A stretch of DNA of 64,000 nt from assembly GCA_965153285.1 (NCBI GenBank), contig OZ229114.1, one strand, 5' to 3'. The notes under the pieces are model-generated. The model was not told the DNA's origin. It saw only the letters and a program-made list of their open reading frames with translations, and did no database searches. The DNA is from Podarcis tiliguerta. Taxonomy: Eukaryota. The position numbers and the translations under genes were made by a program. Shown piece by piece: positions 1-12,024 of the stretch (positions within the stretch are counted from its first letter, which is position 1; every line of letters begins with the position of its first letter).

Positions 1-1505
1 TGTTTTGAGCCTTATAGTTACATTTCTTATCTAAAGATGCCATATCAAATGCTAGATGACACAGAAAAGCTTGAGCATATATTTACAAAATCTTCCCTGT
101 ACACCCCCCCCATAAAATAAAATACTGTAAAATGATTAATTGGTGCCATCTGCTGGTCAATGTTGATAACTACATCAACCAAGAAAGGAAATAAAATACC
201 TGTCCTCAGGCCAAGTAGAAAAAGATGGTTTAGAGTTTTAAAATACTGATTTTAATTATTATGCTTCACTGTAGTTTTGGCCACTTGCTTATTTTTGTAT
301 TACATTTTTAATGTATTCATTCATTCATTGCTTTTTACACAAAATTGTCAAAGTAACTTAGAAAAACAAGAAATATGAAAACCAAATATATGAACAGAAT
401 CTAAAATGCTAATCCACAAATATATATATATAAAGGACAGATTCATTCCACTAAAAGGATGAGCACAAAAGAGGAAGTAGTCTGTCAAAAGGAGGACAGG
501 GTACCACTGAATTTCTATGCTGGGTGTAGAAAAGGGCGTTTCGCAGCTGGGGCAGGGACAGCCTAGGTTTCTGTGCTAGGCAGCATGTATATACTACCTT
601 CTCTCTGCCTAGCACAGAAACCAAAAGAGGTTGCCACTGATGGCTCAGAACACTTCCATCTCTCCTCCAGCAGCCTATTACATTTTCTTACTGGGCATCC
701 AGGAGGTGAAGCTTCCTATTTAATGTCCCGCATAGAAACGAAGGGGTTGGCAGCAGCTGCTCCTTCCTTCTACCACCAGCCTGTTGTGTTTTTGTGCTAG
801 ACATGCAGCAGACCAAGCACCTGCTTGTCTAGCATACAAACACAGCAGGCTGATGGCAGAGGAATTGCGCAATCTGTAACTCCAGCACTATTCTACTATG
901 TTTTTATGCTGGGCAGGGCATTGTCTCTTGCACATCTAGTGAAGAGACATAGTGGGTTCAGGGCAAAAGGACCAAGTGATCATGCCTCTGCAAGGACTTT
1001 TCCTGTGTGTCCAGTACAGAAGCAAAGGAGGAAGTAAATTGTTTTACTTTGCTGCTCTGTCCATCTTGCACCAGTTCCTGTTATGAGAAAAAAGGACACC
1101 TAGAGAAATTTGCCCAAGACACAAGGTACTAGTTATGTTCAAATGTCACTGAAAGTTGCAGAAGAGCACAAATGTGGTTTGCCAGATTTGTTTGGTTTCA
1201 ACCAAACTTAGAAGTTCCAGTAGATTTTATATGATAGAGATATTATGGAGGGGGGAGGGTGTTAATGTGCACAGTAATGAATGTGCTACAGTGTCCTAGA
1301 AAATGCAAAAAATGTGTCATTTTTGAACCCTAAGTGGCTTAATTTTAATGGGTTGGTTAGAGTTACAATACTTTGATGTGTGGATCCCTCTTGAGCATAA
1401 CTGAATACACAATAATCTGACCTTAGACAAAGTTATTTTGAAAGAAAAGAAGTGGATAGAAATTCATTTCTTTATCTAATTATAATCTTTATTTTGTTTT
1501 GTCAG

Positions 1506-1564
1506 ATGTTCAGATTTTGCAGCTAAAGACCGTGAAGCTTGTGGAGGGAGACTTGCCATATCAG
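1506..1564 (+). CDS. RTKN2: Rhotekin 2 internal exon (orthologous exon 3)
   Basis: gtcag|A...TCAG|gtatta; 59 bp; encodes (R)CSDFAAKDREACGGRLAIS(D), similar to RTKN2 CDVKFESKERTACKGKIAISD; phase fits the next exon. Confidence 0.9.
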
Positions 1565-2509
1565 GTATTATTACGTTCTGAAAGCCTTCAGTTGGTGTGC
1601 TTGAAAATTTGCTGATGCAATATAAATTGCAATGCAGTGTCTTTTCACTGAAATGCACGCTCTCTGTCTGAAATGGCTAGCCTTGGGTAACTCTGTAACT
1701 AAATCCATTTGGAAAGTAAATGCATTCATTGCATTTAAGATAATATTCAAGGCCTTATCACCTTCACTGTGTAACTGTCTTGTACAAAGGATACATTTCC
1801 AGCTTCATCACTGGAGGATATAACTGCTTAAGAACCAAGCAGTAGTAGTTTTGAAAATTACTTCTGATGTGGCATAAGCAGTGAAATTACAAGTATTGCA
1901 TTCTAAAATGTACTTCTATGTCTTGGTCCTAAACTGGCATACTCCGAAAATAAGGCTCATTAATTTAAACAGAATGCAAGGTGCATTTAACTGGCGAGTA
2001 GGATCACAGTCTTAGTTTTTCAAAAAGGTGAGTGGGGAGAGGGGGTCTGTGACGTTCTCTCTTTTGAATTGATCATCCTCACCTATTTGAAGGCCTCCTG
2101 TTTTAATGACTTGCCCCTCACTACTGCTTATGCCTTGAATTTGCTCCCCAAACAGCTTTAGTCATTGAAGCCCTTCTCAAGGCCCACTGCATCCATGACT
2201 CCTTTGGCTGACCTCCTTAGCTCCAAATTCAAAGCCTAAATATATGTATTTGTATCTTCAAAGATTGTTCCAATTATGTTTGCCTCATTTTTGTTGTAGA
2301 CACCTGTCCTAGTGTCTAAATCTAGATTGTTAACTCAATTGGACAGGGACCTTGTTGTTATTTACATAACACCACCATTGTGCATGGTATTTTGCCAATT
2401 ACAGAAGGATAGGTCCTTTCCTCAACTTAGGAGGAGCTATGAGACTGTGCCAAGGCTATGTACCTGTTCAGCACAGTGGATGGTAGCATTATCAATGGAT
2501 TCAGGATAG

Positions 2510-2915
2510 CACATAGGGAGTTCAGACCTTGGGGAGAAAGATGAGCAGTTCCATCTTGGACATACTGAGTTTGAAACAAGAGTTTGAAAAAACATAACTT
2601 GGAAGCATAAATATCAGGTGGCTGGAGATGTAGGAATGCAGGGAGAACAGCTCAGGAGGAGAGAAAGAAAGAGCTGGGTGTTATCTCCCTGCAGGGGGTA
2701 CAGAAAGCCATAGTATTACAGATTTGATGAGGTCTCCCAGGAATAATGTGCAGTGGCAGAAAAGCAGGGATCCTGGAACAGATCCCTGAGGAACCCAAGA
2801 TCCCCAACAGAGGAAAAGCAAAAGAAGAGCTTCCACCTATGGAAATATTGAAAGAACTATTAGACAGATCAGAAGAGAATCAGTGAAAGGCAAAATTATG
2901 GAGACCCAGAACATA
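2510..2915 (-). mobile_element. Degenerate L2-type LINE reverse transcriptase fragment
   Basis: Minus strand reads VPQGSVPGSLLF (cf. GVPQGSVLGPLLF) near 2760-2795 and QGDNTQL (cf. YADDTQL) near 2670-2692. Confidence 0.75.
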
Positions 2916-3996
2916 AAAGTGAATTGTGTAGGGGGGAAATAAGAGCAGCAGCGGCAGCACTAATTTTCCAACTTGCCAGGCTAAACTACAAAACCTTTGC
3001 CTGTGTGCCAGAATTTTATAATTATATAAAGTGATTAGTTGGTCTGACCAGTAATTTTTTTCTGGTGCAGCTCTGAAGAAAATAACCTGCCTTTATTGAA
3101 AATAAATCTATTATTGCCAGCTTTTTATCTGTTTAGTTTAAGTTCTATTTTATTCTTGCCTCAGTGTTGGATTTTGTTACATTAATGTGACTCCAAGAAA
3201 CGGATAGCCAATTAAACGCTATGAAAGCTTTGAAGCAGAGTCTCATGAGAATACATTGCCAGTGGGATTTATTGCTGAAATAGCAGGCTTCGATAATGTG
3301 CACCATAGGCCAAAGAATGTCTGCTTATGAAATTGATTGAGATGTAATCTTCTTTGACATGAAGCTGTTCACTTCTGCCATTCCACATTTCCCTGCATGT
3401 TGCAAACTCTTTATGAAGCATCATTTGAAAGCCAAGTTACTTTGATTTTTACTCATAACTGGAAATGAGTGATTCTAATAAATTGCCATTCCATTTTTAG
3501 TAAACAGTGTAAAACATTACATCTCAACTCTTTTTCTGTGATTATTGGATGCTTCTCTTCGTTTTAAAGCCAAATTTATCCTATTTTTTTCCAAAGGTGT
3601 TGGAAAAACATGCAGCTTGTCAGTGTCTCCTAATACCTACCTCTTGTGGTGTTCAAATGATTTTGCTTATTAGTTGGCAACACAAAGGTAAAATATTCCA
3701 CACAAAATTATCCTGTGATTTCAAAATATAGTGTGGTGCATCTTCCTTGAAGATAGCAGGAGCTGTCATATTCAAGGGTCCACATAATTTGGCCTTGGTA
3801 GCCAGTCAAAATTTGTGGCTGCCACTAACCATGTGATGATGGTGTGTTAGATTTCAGATCCACTCCTGTGCCTCTGAAGCAAACCACAGCTGTGGCAGCA
3901 AACCTCTGACCAAATCCCCTACCTCTAAGCTGTAAGTGCTGAGTGTGGAGATGTTTGCAAAGTGGCTAGGCTCTTGTGGCTTGGCAAGCTTCTCTG

Positions 3997-4247
3997 GAAG
4001 AAGAAGACGGAGAGTTTGGATTTGATATCCTGCTTTATCACTACCCTAAGGAGTCTCAAAGTGGGTAACAATCTCCTTTCCCTTCCTCCCCCACAACAAA
4101 CACTCTGTGAGGTGAGTGAGGCTGAGAGACTTCAGAGAAGTGTGACTAGCCGAAAGTCACCCAGCAGCTGCATGTGGAGGAGCGGGGAATCGAACCAGTT
4201 CACCAGATTACGAGTCCACCACTCTCAACCGCTACACCACACTGGCT
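3997..4247 (-). mobile_element. MIR/Ther1-derived CORE SINE (Squam3-like), near full length
   Basis: Minus strand has A box TGGTGTAGCGG, B box GGTTCGATTCC, CORE-like GCTGGGTGACTTT...CTCACAGAGTGTTTGTTGTG and a (TCT)n tail. Confidence 0.8.
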
Positions 4248-4664
4248 AAAGGAATTCCCACCCACCCGCCTTTTTTTCGAGACTTGGGAGAAGAATGGAA
4301 GAATCTTCTTGAGCTCTATCCAAACCGAGCTAAATCTAGCCGAATGAATGATTTCACTATTTTGCAAGCATCCTTGAGACATAGTGGAAGGAGTGGGAGA
4401 TTCTGAATAAAAGTGCTTTCTTACGTTGAGCTAGCCAAGTGCCTTTAAGGACTTGTTCTTACAGAATCAGACTGCTGGTTCTTCTAGCCTAGGCCTGTTT
4501 ACTCTCTCTGGCAGTAGCTCACCAAGCTTTTGAACAAAGTTCTTCTGCGTCACTGATGCCCATGGTCCTTTAGAAGAACCTGGCACACTGAAATAACAAT
4601 CTGTCACCGAGATATTCCCAAGCCAAATCAGCACTATTGACTGAAAAATGGACTAACCAAGTGA

Positions 4665-4871
4665 AGTGGTACCTCCCGAACAAATCGGCTCCCGAAAGCC
4701 GCAAACCCGGAAGTGAGTGTTCCGGTTTGCGAATGTTTTTTGGAAGTCGAGTGTCTGATGTGGCTTCCACGGGTTCCGATTGAGTGCTGGAAGCCAATCG
4801 GAAGTCACGCCTTGGTTTTCAAATGGTTTCGGGAGTCGAGCGGATTAAGTTCAAGAACCAAGGTACCACTG
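4665..4871. mobile_element. Tc1/mariner (pogo/Tigger-like) MITE, left end damaged
   Basis: AGTGGTACCT...AGGTACCACTG followed by TA; same termini as the elements at 6833 and 34260. Confidence 0.75.
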
Positions 4872-5133
4872 TATTTTTAGGTACATTTGTGTAAGATTCT
4901 AAACTTTTCTTAACTGAAAATGCCCTTTCAGTTGATGTTCTTTTGAAATTCTGCCAAAGGGAAGTCTATGATAATTCAACAGTATCATTGATGATTGATT
5001 AGGCAGGCTGCTGGATACAGTGTGCTTGACTTTTGCCGCAGATAAGGATTAAAAGAAACAATTCTGAATTTTTGGATTGTCTTGGGATAGCATCATCATG
5101 TCACCGTGTTTAATTTTTCCTGCTTGCTTTTAG

Positions 5134-5187
5134 ATCTCCGAATTCCATTAATGTGGAAAGGCTCTGATCACTTCAGCAGCAGAGATA
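5134..5187 (+). CDS. RTKN2: Rhotekin 2 exon 4
   Basis: ttttag|AT...GATA|gtaagt; 54 bp; DLRIPLMWKGSDHFSSRD, start of the anillin-homology region. Confidence 0.95.
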
Positions 5188-6179
5188 GTAAGTATGTTTG
5201 TTTTGTGAAATGGTTTTGTACAACTAAACAGGAGGGCTCAATCTCTTATTGAGCAAGAGGGCATTGTGCAGCATTTACTTCTTACTTGGCATGTAATGTG
5301 ACCTCGCAATAGACCGACATAGTTATTTGAAATAGGCTGACTTGAAATCTATAGTTCTTAAAATATGCAATGCTTGGAAGAGTGTAGAGTGACAGAAGTG
5401 TATGATGCTATCACATATTCAGTAGTGGGAGAGCTGAAATATCTGATAAAGATACAGAAAGTAATCCTGCTAGTTGAAACATTGAAATGTATCTAAATGA
5501 AACTTTGTCTCCTGTTGGATGGATTATTGACTTGGCTTCGTGCAGGCATGCAGTTTGCTGTGTCATGGAGATTAACTCCTGAGTCTTTTCAAACTGTCTC
5601 TTCCCCCACCATCCCCAAAGATTTCACTTTGAATTTCCGTAAGGTCAGAGAGGCTCAGTATGACAAAATACTCTTATCCTTCATTGTGCATTCTTTAATG
5701 CAAGTTCTTTAATGCCAGTTTGTAAAAAAAAAGAAGTAGGTTTATCAGAAAAAAATAACTTCCATGAGTTTTAAGCAAACAAAGATAATGTGTTGGTCCA
5801 GGTATAAATATTTTTGTTATAGAAACTGCTGTATTGTGTAAATTGACCTGCTGAATCTTCCCCGCCTTTGCATCTTTCTGCTGCATGCAAAAAAATAAAT
5901 AACCCCCCCCCTCATAAAATTTTCATCTTGTAATGGTCTATCTTTTTTTAATAGAAATAATTTGATACTGTGCAATATGCCTGCCAGGCATATGCAGACA
6001 ACTAAGGAAAAACATTTTCTGTAATATTTAGCTGCTGAAGTGTTTTAGTTTTTGTGTAATTTTTATTGTTGTTATAGTGGTCGTAAACACCTTCAATTCT
6101 TTATTTAATTGCAATAAACAATTTTAAAAAATAAATATAGCAAGTCTTTTAAAAGTCTTTTTGGGTTTTCTTTTTTCAG

Positions 6180-6297
6180 GAACCCAACGTTACTCAGTAT
6201 TTTGCTTACTCAAAGCAGGAACTCAGGTTTTTGATACAGACTTGCTTATTGTGGATAAAGCAATCACAGATATATGTTTTGAAGGTGCAACCATATT
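6180..6297 (+). CDS. RTKN2: Rhotekin 2 exon 5
   Basis: ttttcag|GA...TT|gtaagt; 118 bp; RTQRYSVFCLLKAGTQVFDTDLLIVDKAITDICFEGATIF. Confidence 0.95.
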
Positions 6298-6832
6298 GTA
6301 AGTATCTCTGGATCAGTGTAGAGTTGCAGGGCCTCACCAAGTCGCAAGTTTAAAAAGAATGAAAGACTCTTCTGAAGACAAAAATCCAAAAACAATCACA
6401 CAACCCTTCTATTACACCGAAGGCAAAATGGGAAAAGTAGAACGTTCAACTTGTCAAATCAAAGGCTTAAAGAAATTGCATTATGAATACTGCTTGGAAT
6501 ATTTGAAAATAATACATTCTGTGCATTGCTGAAAGACTTGAGGAAATAGAAGGATGGAAGATTGGCCAAAACCAGAAACGGGTCCTGGATGCTATGCCTT
6601 CAGGTGATCAAATGTGGGTAACTGACCTGATCTGAACTTGCCATTTGGTGAGGAGCTGCTGGTGCTCTCCCCTCTCCCCACTGTGCTGCTTAGTTAGAGC
6701 TTGTTGCCTGTGTATATACACGCTTATATACATGTGTTTACATGAATATGCACAGGTGTTCAGATGCATCTGTTCAGGGAGGCAAAAAGCATTGTATATA
6801 CCTACTGAAACTGTCACTCTAGCTGTTAATTA

Positions 6833-7083
6833 CAGTGGTACCTCTAGATGCAAATGGGATCCGTTCTGGAGCCCCGTTCGCATCTAGAAGCAAACACAAC
6901 CCGTGTCCGCACGTGTGCGGGTCACGTTTCGGCGCTTCTGCGCATGCACGTGACATCATTTTGAGCGTCTGCACATATGCAAGCTGCAAAACCCAAAGTA
7001 ATGCGCTCCGTTACTTCTGGATTGCCGCGGAGCGCAACTCGAACACGCTCATCCCGAAGCACATACAACCCGAGGTATGACTG
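6833..7083. mobile_element. Tc1/mariner (pogo/Tigger-like) MITE
   Basis: TA|CAGTGGTACCTC...GAGGTATGACTG|TA: imperfect TIRs, TA TSD, CpG-rich interior. Confidence 0.85.
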
Positions 7084-7710
7084 TAATTCCATTGGTTTAA
7101 AAATCCTGATTCAGTGTCCATTGTCTCAGCAAATGACCTTGTATTGAAGCCTGAAAACTTGGGTACACAACATGGGTTTAAGTTTTAGACATCTGTTCTT
7201 GTCCTCTTTAGCTGTACAAAGTATTTTTTTCCCATTGGAGAGCATCAGATTGCTGAATGTGTTCAAAACCACTTGATTTTGTTATTAGCTGATGCTGGTT
7301 GAAGGGTTGTCTTTTTCCCCACAAGCCTTCACAAACCCTTTCCCCATTATGTAAAAGCCATCTGAGGTTAGATGCAGGGTCACCAAAGAGGGTTTCTTTT
7401 TCTTGTTGTGATTTCTTCCCCAGAGACGTTTGCTTGCCCCCAGTGCTTATGTCTTTTCGGTGCTAGGCAATTAATTTTTTTATATACCCAGGCATTTTTA
7501 ACATGTTTTATAACAGTTTTTAGAATCTGGTTTTGTGGCTGTACTTTGATTTATTGTTTTGTTTTAAATTTCACTCTGGCATGGGAGGCATGCACTGGAG
7601 AGTAGCTGAGACATAAAATAAATAAATAGCCGTAATTTTATTTTACAGTATTCTAAATTTTTGTTTGACCGTTGTACTTCTCCTAAAAGCTGTGAAACAA
7701 TTGTTTCTAG

Positions 7711-7914
7711 TGAGGAAGCTGGCCCAGCCTTCCAGCTGAAGATTGAAGTCTACAGCTGCTGCTGTACTGAAGAATCTTCAACTATAACAAACACTCCTAA
7801 GAAGCTAGTAAAGAAGTTGAAAACCTCAATTGGGAAAGCTGCTGGGAAAAAACTCAGTCCTGTGTTGGATGACAGCAATCCTGAATCCTTGTTGCTTACT
7901 GATTCAGCTGTAGT
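7711..7914 (+). CDS. RTKN2: Rhotekin 2 exon 6
   Basis: ttctag|T...GT|gtgagt; 204 bp; EEAGPAFQLKIEVYSCCCTEESSTITNTPKKLVKKLKTSIGKAAGKK...; lies within ORF 7661..7918. Confidence 0.95.
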
Positions 7915-8482
7915 GTGAGTAAATTGTTCTTTAATTTAAACCTAGGGATTTTTTTTTGGGGGGGGGGATTGGATGCAGTTGGTCTTTATTTAAAAGTGTA
8001 TGGGAATAGATTCCATGCCTATGTACCAAGTGCTAAGAGAGTGACATCTTAACAGCTCCTAAAAATCTGAATTTCCTGGAAGTTTCCTTTCCTGCTCCTG
8101 CCTGTCCCTTGAGCCACAGGATAAGGCAATTTGGCTACTCCAGTGTAGTGCAGCACATAATGCATCTGGACTGCCTATCTCTCAGCAGCAGAAGATACAT
8201 CTTGGCAATTGTTCAATCAGATCTTTGCAATTGTTTGGTCTGACCTTTCTTCTAGACTGGGGGGAGTGGTATGTGCAGCTCTGTAGCTGCAGCCACCTTC
8301 CCGAATTAGAAAAGAGGAAAGTGCCAGGGGCTGCCAGTTTGTCCACAGGATGCCTGTTTCCATTAGCCAAGACACGTTTTCCCTATATTTGTCTGGGATG
8401 TGAGTAAGTGATTGATTTCTGCCAGTTTATCAGAGCTGATTTCTCACCTCAATCAGAATGTTGGGCTGAGAGGGGTGAATGA

Positions 8483-8852
8483 ATAGGGACACATACAAAT
8501 ACCTTATGCCAGGTCAATGGTTGGATAGTGTTCGCAAAGCTACCAGCATGAGTTTGACCAAACTGCGGCAGGCAGTGGAAGACAGAAGTGCCTGGCGTGC
8601 TCTGGTCCATGGGGTCACGAAGAGTCGGACACGACTAAACGACTAAACAACAACAACAGGTCAAATTATCTCACCATCTAGTCCAATATTGTCTCTTCTT
8701 GGCTGGCAGCAGCTCTCTCGGACCTCTGGAAAGAAAGTGTTTCACATTACCTACTACAGTACCTGATCCTTTTAAGTGGGAATACCAGGGACTGAACCTA
8801 GGAGCTTCTGCATTCAGAACCTGTGCTTTGCCACTAAGGTATGGTTCCCTCC
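8483..8852 (-). mobile_element. tRNA-headed squamate SINE (Squam2-like), interrupted by BovB
   Basis: Minus strand head CCTTAGTGGCAAAGCAC...TGCAGAAGCTCCTAGGTTCAGTCCCTGG; body GAGAGCTGCTGCCAG...ACTAGATGG; homologous to the plus copy at 9301. Confidence 0.7.
8518..8656 (+). mobile_element. BovB (RTE) LINE 3' end, 5'-truncated
   Basis: ...GCCTGGCGTGCTCTGGTCCATGGGGTCACGAAGAGTCGGACACGACTAAACGACTAAAC(AAC)n is the BovB 3' terminus; TSD CAGGTCAA at 8510..8517 and 8657..8664. Confidence 0.92.
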
Positions 8853-9300
8853 TCCAAAGGATGGAAGAGGAGGGACTAATGAGGCCAAAAATATTGTCAT
8901 GGAATAATTTTGATTATTTATACACTGCTTTTCCATCATAAGCTGTGCCCAAATCAGTTTACAATTACATGTAACATTGGGGGGGAAATAGTTTGTTACC
9001 AAGCACATCATCAAGTTCAAATAAGACAAACGTCAACAAGCACAGTTACAAAGTTACAAAGATTTTGATTTTGGTCTTTACGTATATTAAGGGGCAGAAA
9101 AGAACAGCTAATCTACATTTTAAGTGCTGGTATTGCAGCACTTCAAGGTCCACAGCAGCTAGCCAAGGTCCATCTAGCACCAGGCTAGATAGTTCACAGC
9201 TGGTTCCCCTGTGTCTCCACCAGAGGAGGCTAAGAGCAGCAAAAGGGACGTGCAGGGGAGTCTCAGACATTCCAGATACTCATGCTAATATTACTACATC

Positions 9301-9470
9301 AGGGGTGAAGTGATAGTGTCTCCTTTGCATGCAGAAGGTTCAATCTCTGACAGTTCCAGCTAGGGCAGGTAGCTATGAAACCCTGGAGAGCTACTGCCAC
9401 TCAGTGTAGACAACACTGAATTAGAGGGACCTATTTTCTGACTTGGTATAAGGAAGCTTCCTGTGTTTCC
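9301..9470 (+). mobile_element. tRNA-headed squamate SINE (Squam2-like)
   Basis: TTTGCATGCAGAAGGTTCAATC head remnant; GAAACCCTGGAGAGCTACTGCCACTCAGTGTAGACAACACTGA body; ATAAGGAAGCTTCCTGTGTT tail. Confidence 0.75.
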
Positions 9471-9630
9471 TGCACCAGGATAAACTAAAGTCATGCCTTT
9501 TAGTAGGCATCTATTATCCTGATATGTTCCTTGTATCATTGTGTGGTGTTTCAGTGGTACATCCTGCCACTCTATTCTTATACATGTTTATATGTCTGGT
9601 ATAGCTGTATAATATAGTGAGTTCTCAAGC

Positions 9631-10164
9631 CTTCAGTGAGTTAGGGACTACCTCTGCATGTAAAGACAGGCTTTAGTAGATTGAGTGGATGAGACCAATA
9701 GGGGGTCCAACAGTCAAGAAGGCGGTTTCTGCAAGTGCTGTAGAGAGAAGTGAGGGGCAGATGGGGCTCAGCAACCTGGGAAGGTAGTCCATCTAGGAGA
9801 AGGAAAACTCTGATCCTAAACCTCCACTGGTTTGAGGGATACTTTCAGAAGAAAAGGCTAAGGACTAAACCTTACACAAATCCAGAATGGAGTCTCTAAG
9901 ACAGTTGGATAGCACCTTATACGCCTCCTTCCAGCAACTCCTGCAGCCAAACTGGTGCCAAATGCATTGCTCTGCTTTCCTTTGGACCACATCAGCAAGA
10001 CCAAGAATAGGGTCTTGTCATCTGGGCAGCCCAGGACCCCCATACACACTGTCCAGACATGTACTGTGGAATCTCACTTCAGTGCTGCTATTGCAGTTAT
10101 TTGACTTCACCCCCAGAGGCGCATGCCTTTGTCTCTCAAGACAGAGGGATGTCAATAACAATAA
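9631..10164 (+). mobile_element. Non-autonomous RTE-type retroelement
   Basis: Contains an RTE 5'-UTR-like motif CCATCTAGGAGAAGGAAAACTCTGA and a (CAA/TAA) tail; a second copy lies inverted at 19005..19220. Confidence 0.65.
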
Positions 10165-11690
10165 ATAGTTTCAATCGCAGCATCAGATCATGATATATGA
10201 TTTTTTTAATGGCCTAATGAATGGAAACATTTGTATGCTGAATGAGTAGCATTAAGGATATGCAAAAGGCTTTCAAATTTAGGAAAAGTGGGTCAAATGA
10301 TAAGACAGATGTATCACATTAACGGAATATTCTGGAACACACTTTTTTGTAGCAGGAATAACTGAGCAACTTACATATATGCTGCAGATGGTATTGTTAG
10401 TAAGTCTGGTTGAGGTTTTGTATCAAATGTGCTGATAAGAACAGGCTGCCATTCTACTGAAGACAGAGCCAGGGAAAAAATCATAAGTTTTAATGTATAG
10501 ATAGCGAAACGCTTCGAAAACATCTTGTAGAAAGAGCTTTGGAAGTACAAAATATTCTAATGCAAGCAAGTGTAGCTGGCTAGTTTCTGCAAAGATACTT
10601 CCATTTAAGGCAATAATCTAATTCAAACATTTAGGCAAAACATTGCTAGCAGTGCTAATTAGCCTGTTAAATTTGAAAACTGATAAAAATTTGAAAGATG
10701 AAGAAATTGGCAACTGATAACAATTTGGGAAATGAGACAATGAAGTTAGCCAAAAAAAGAGAGAATCTCATGTTTTAGATGGAAAATGTTACTATGAAAC
10801 ATATTTCAATAGTGAAGTAGTCTGTTTTCTTTGGCAAACCTTGTACTATAAATAGTAAGGATCTCTAACTTGAACATTCAGCACAAAAAGATTTTCATCT
10901 GTAATAAGAAACTCAGCTATTTAAAATGGAACAAAAATGTTCAATTACAGATGGCTTTTATGTGTTTGCCTAGTGATTGAGAATCTTTTGGTTGGAATCC
11001 ATTTATAACCAGCACCTTGTTTTCAGCTGTTCAAAGATTTTTCCCCTTGATGTGCTAATGGAAATTGTACTGCAATGGTATTTATCCTGTGTAATGAGTG
11101 AAACAAATGTAATCATTATCCTATGACAACAACTCTTGGGGTGGGAGGGGGAGACCTAGAGGTGCAAAAACAGATTACTGAGCTGTTCAGAGGAAGTGGA
11201 GCTTTTTCAGCTGTTACCCAAATTATACTGTTGCTAAGACAAACCACAAAGCACTTTAAAACTTAAAGCAGCCTCTTTGTATGGATATCAAATGAGAGGA
11301 GGCAGCGAAATTTTAATGTTCATTGGGTTAGCAAATATAATTACCTAAAATTAGACAATGATAGAAAGGTGATTGCCACCCTGGGCTCCTTTGGGACGAA
11401 GGGTGGGGTACACGTCAATTAACTAACTATTATTATTTAAAAATAATATTGTTATCTGCAGCTACCTCCAAAAGCTGTACATTAGCTATGGCTGCCACCT
11501 GATATTTATGGAGTATGTATAAGTGCCAAGAGCCAAACTATTTTATTAAATAGGTTTGTGTTGTTTAGTTATTTTTTGTTGACAAATAGTGTGTGACTGT
11601 CTCATGGGGTAAGGGCTTTAACAATTGCCCTGCTGCAGTCCTGGTCAGAATTTTTTCCATGCCCAGTATTTACAATGGAAGAAAAACTCC

Positions 11691-12024
11691 CATACCCTTC
11701 AACATTTCTCCAATGAAAACAGGGACGTCCCATTCCATAATGATAATTTTACTGTTTATACCCCACACATCTTACTAGGTTGCCCCAGCCATTCTGGGCA
11801 GCTTCCAACATATATAAAGCCATTATTAAACATAAAAACTTCCCTATACAGTATTGCCTTCAGACGGCTTGGGGGGTTGGATAACTCCATACCCTCCAAC
11901 ATTTCTCCAGTGAAAATAGGGACATCCTAAGGAAAAGTTGAACATTCCGGGATTAAATCAGAAACCTGGACAGCATCTCTAAATCAGGGATGCCCCTGGA
12001 AAATAGAGATACTTGGAGGATCTG
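11691..12024. mobile_element. Composite non-autonomous DNA transposon (hAT/Blackjack-like) with duplicated left end
   Basis: CATACCCTTCAAC...ACTTGGAGGATCTG termini; AACTCC on both flanks; second left end at 11888; subterminal GGGAC/GTCCC motifs. Confidence 0.75.

Noticed and set aside
511-915. CRISPR-like repeat/spacer appearance
   Set aside because: The repeats are degenerate, inverted and irregularly spaced in a vertebrate intron with no cas genes
7750-7790. Triple Cys and apparent 2-residue expansion in RTKN2 exon 6
   Set aside because: A small in-frame indel in a variable loop; the human comparison is from memory and no function is supportable
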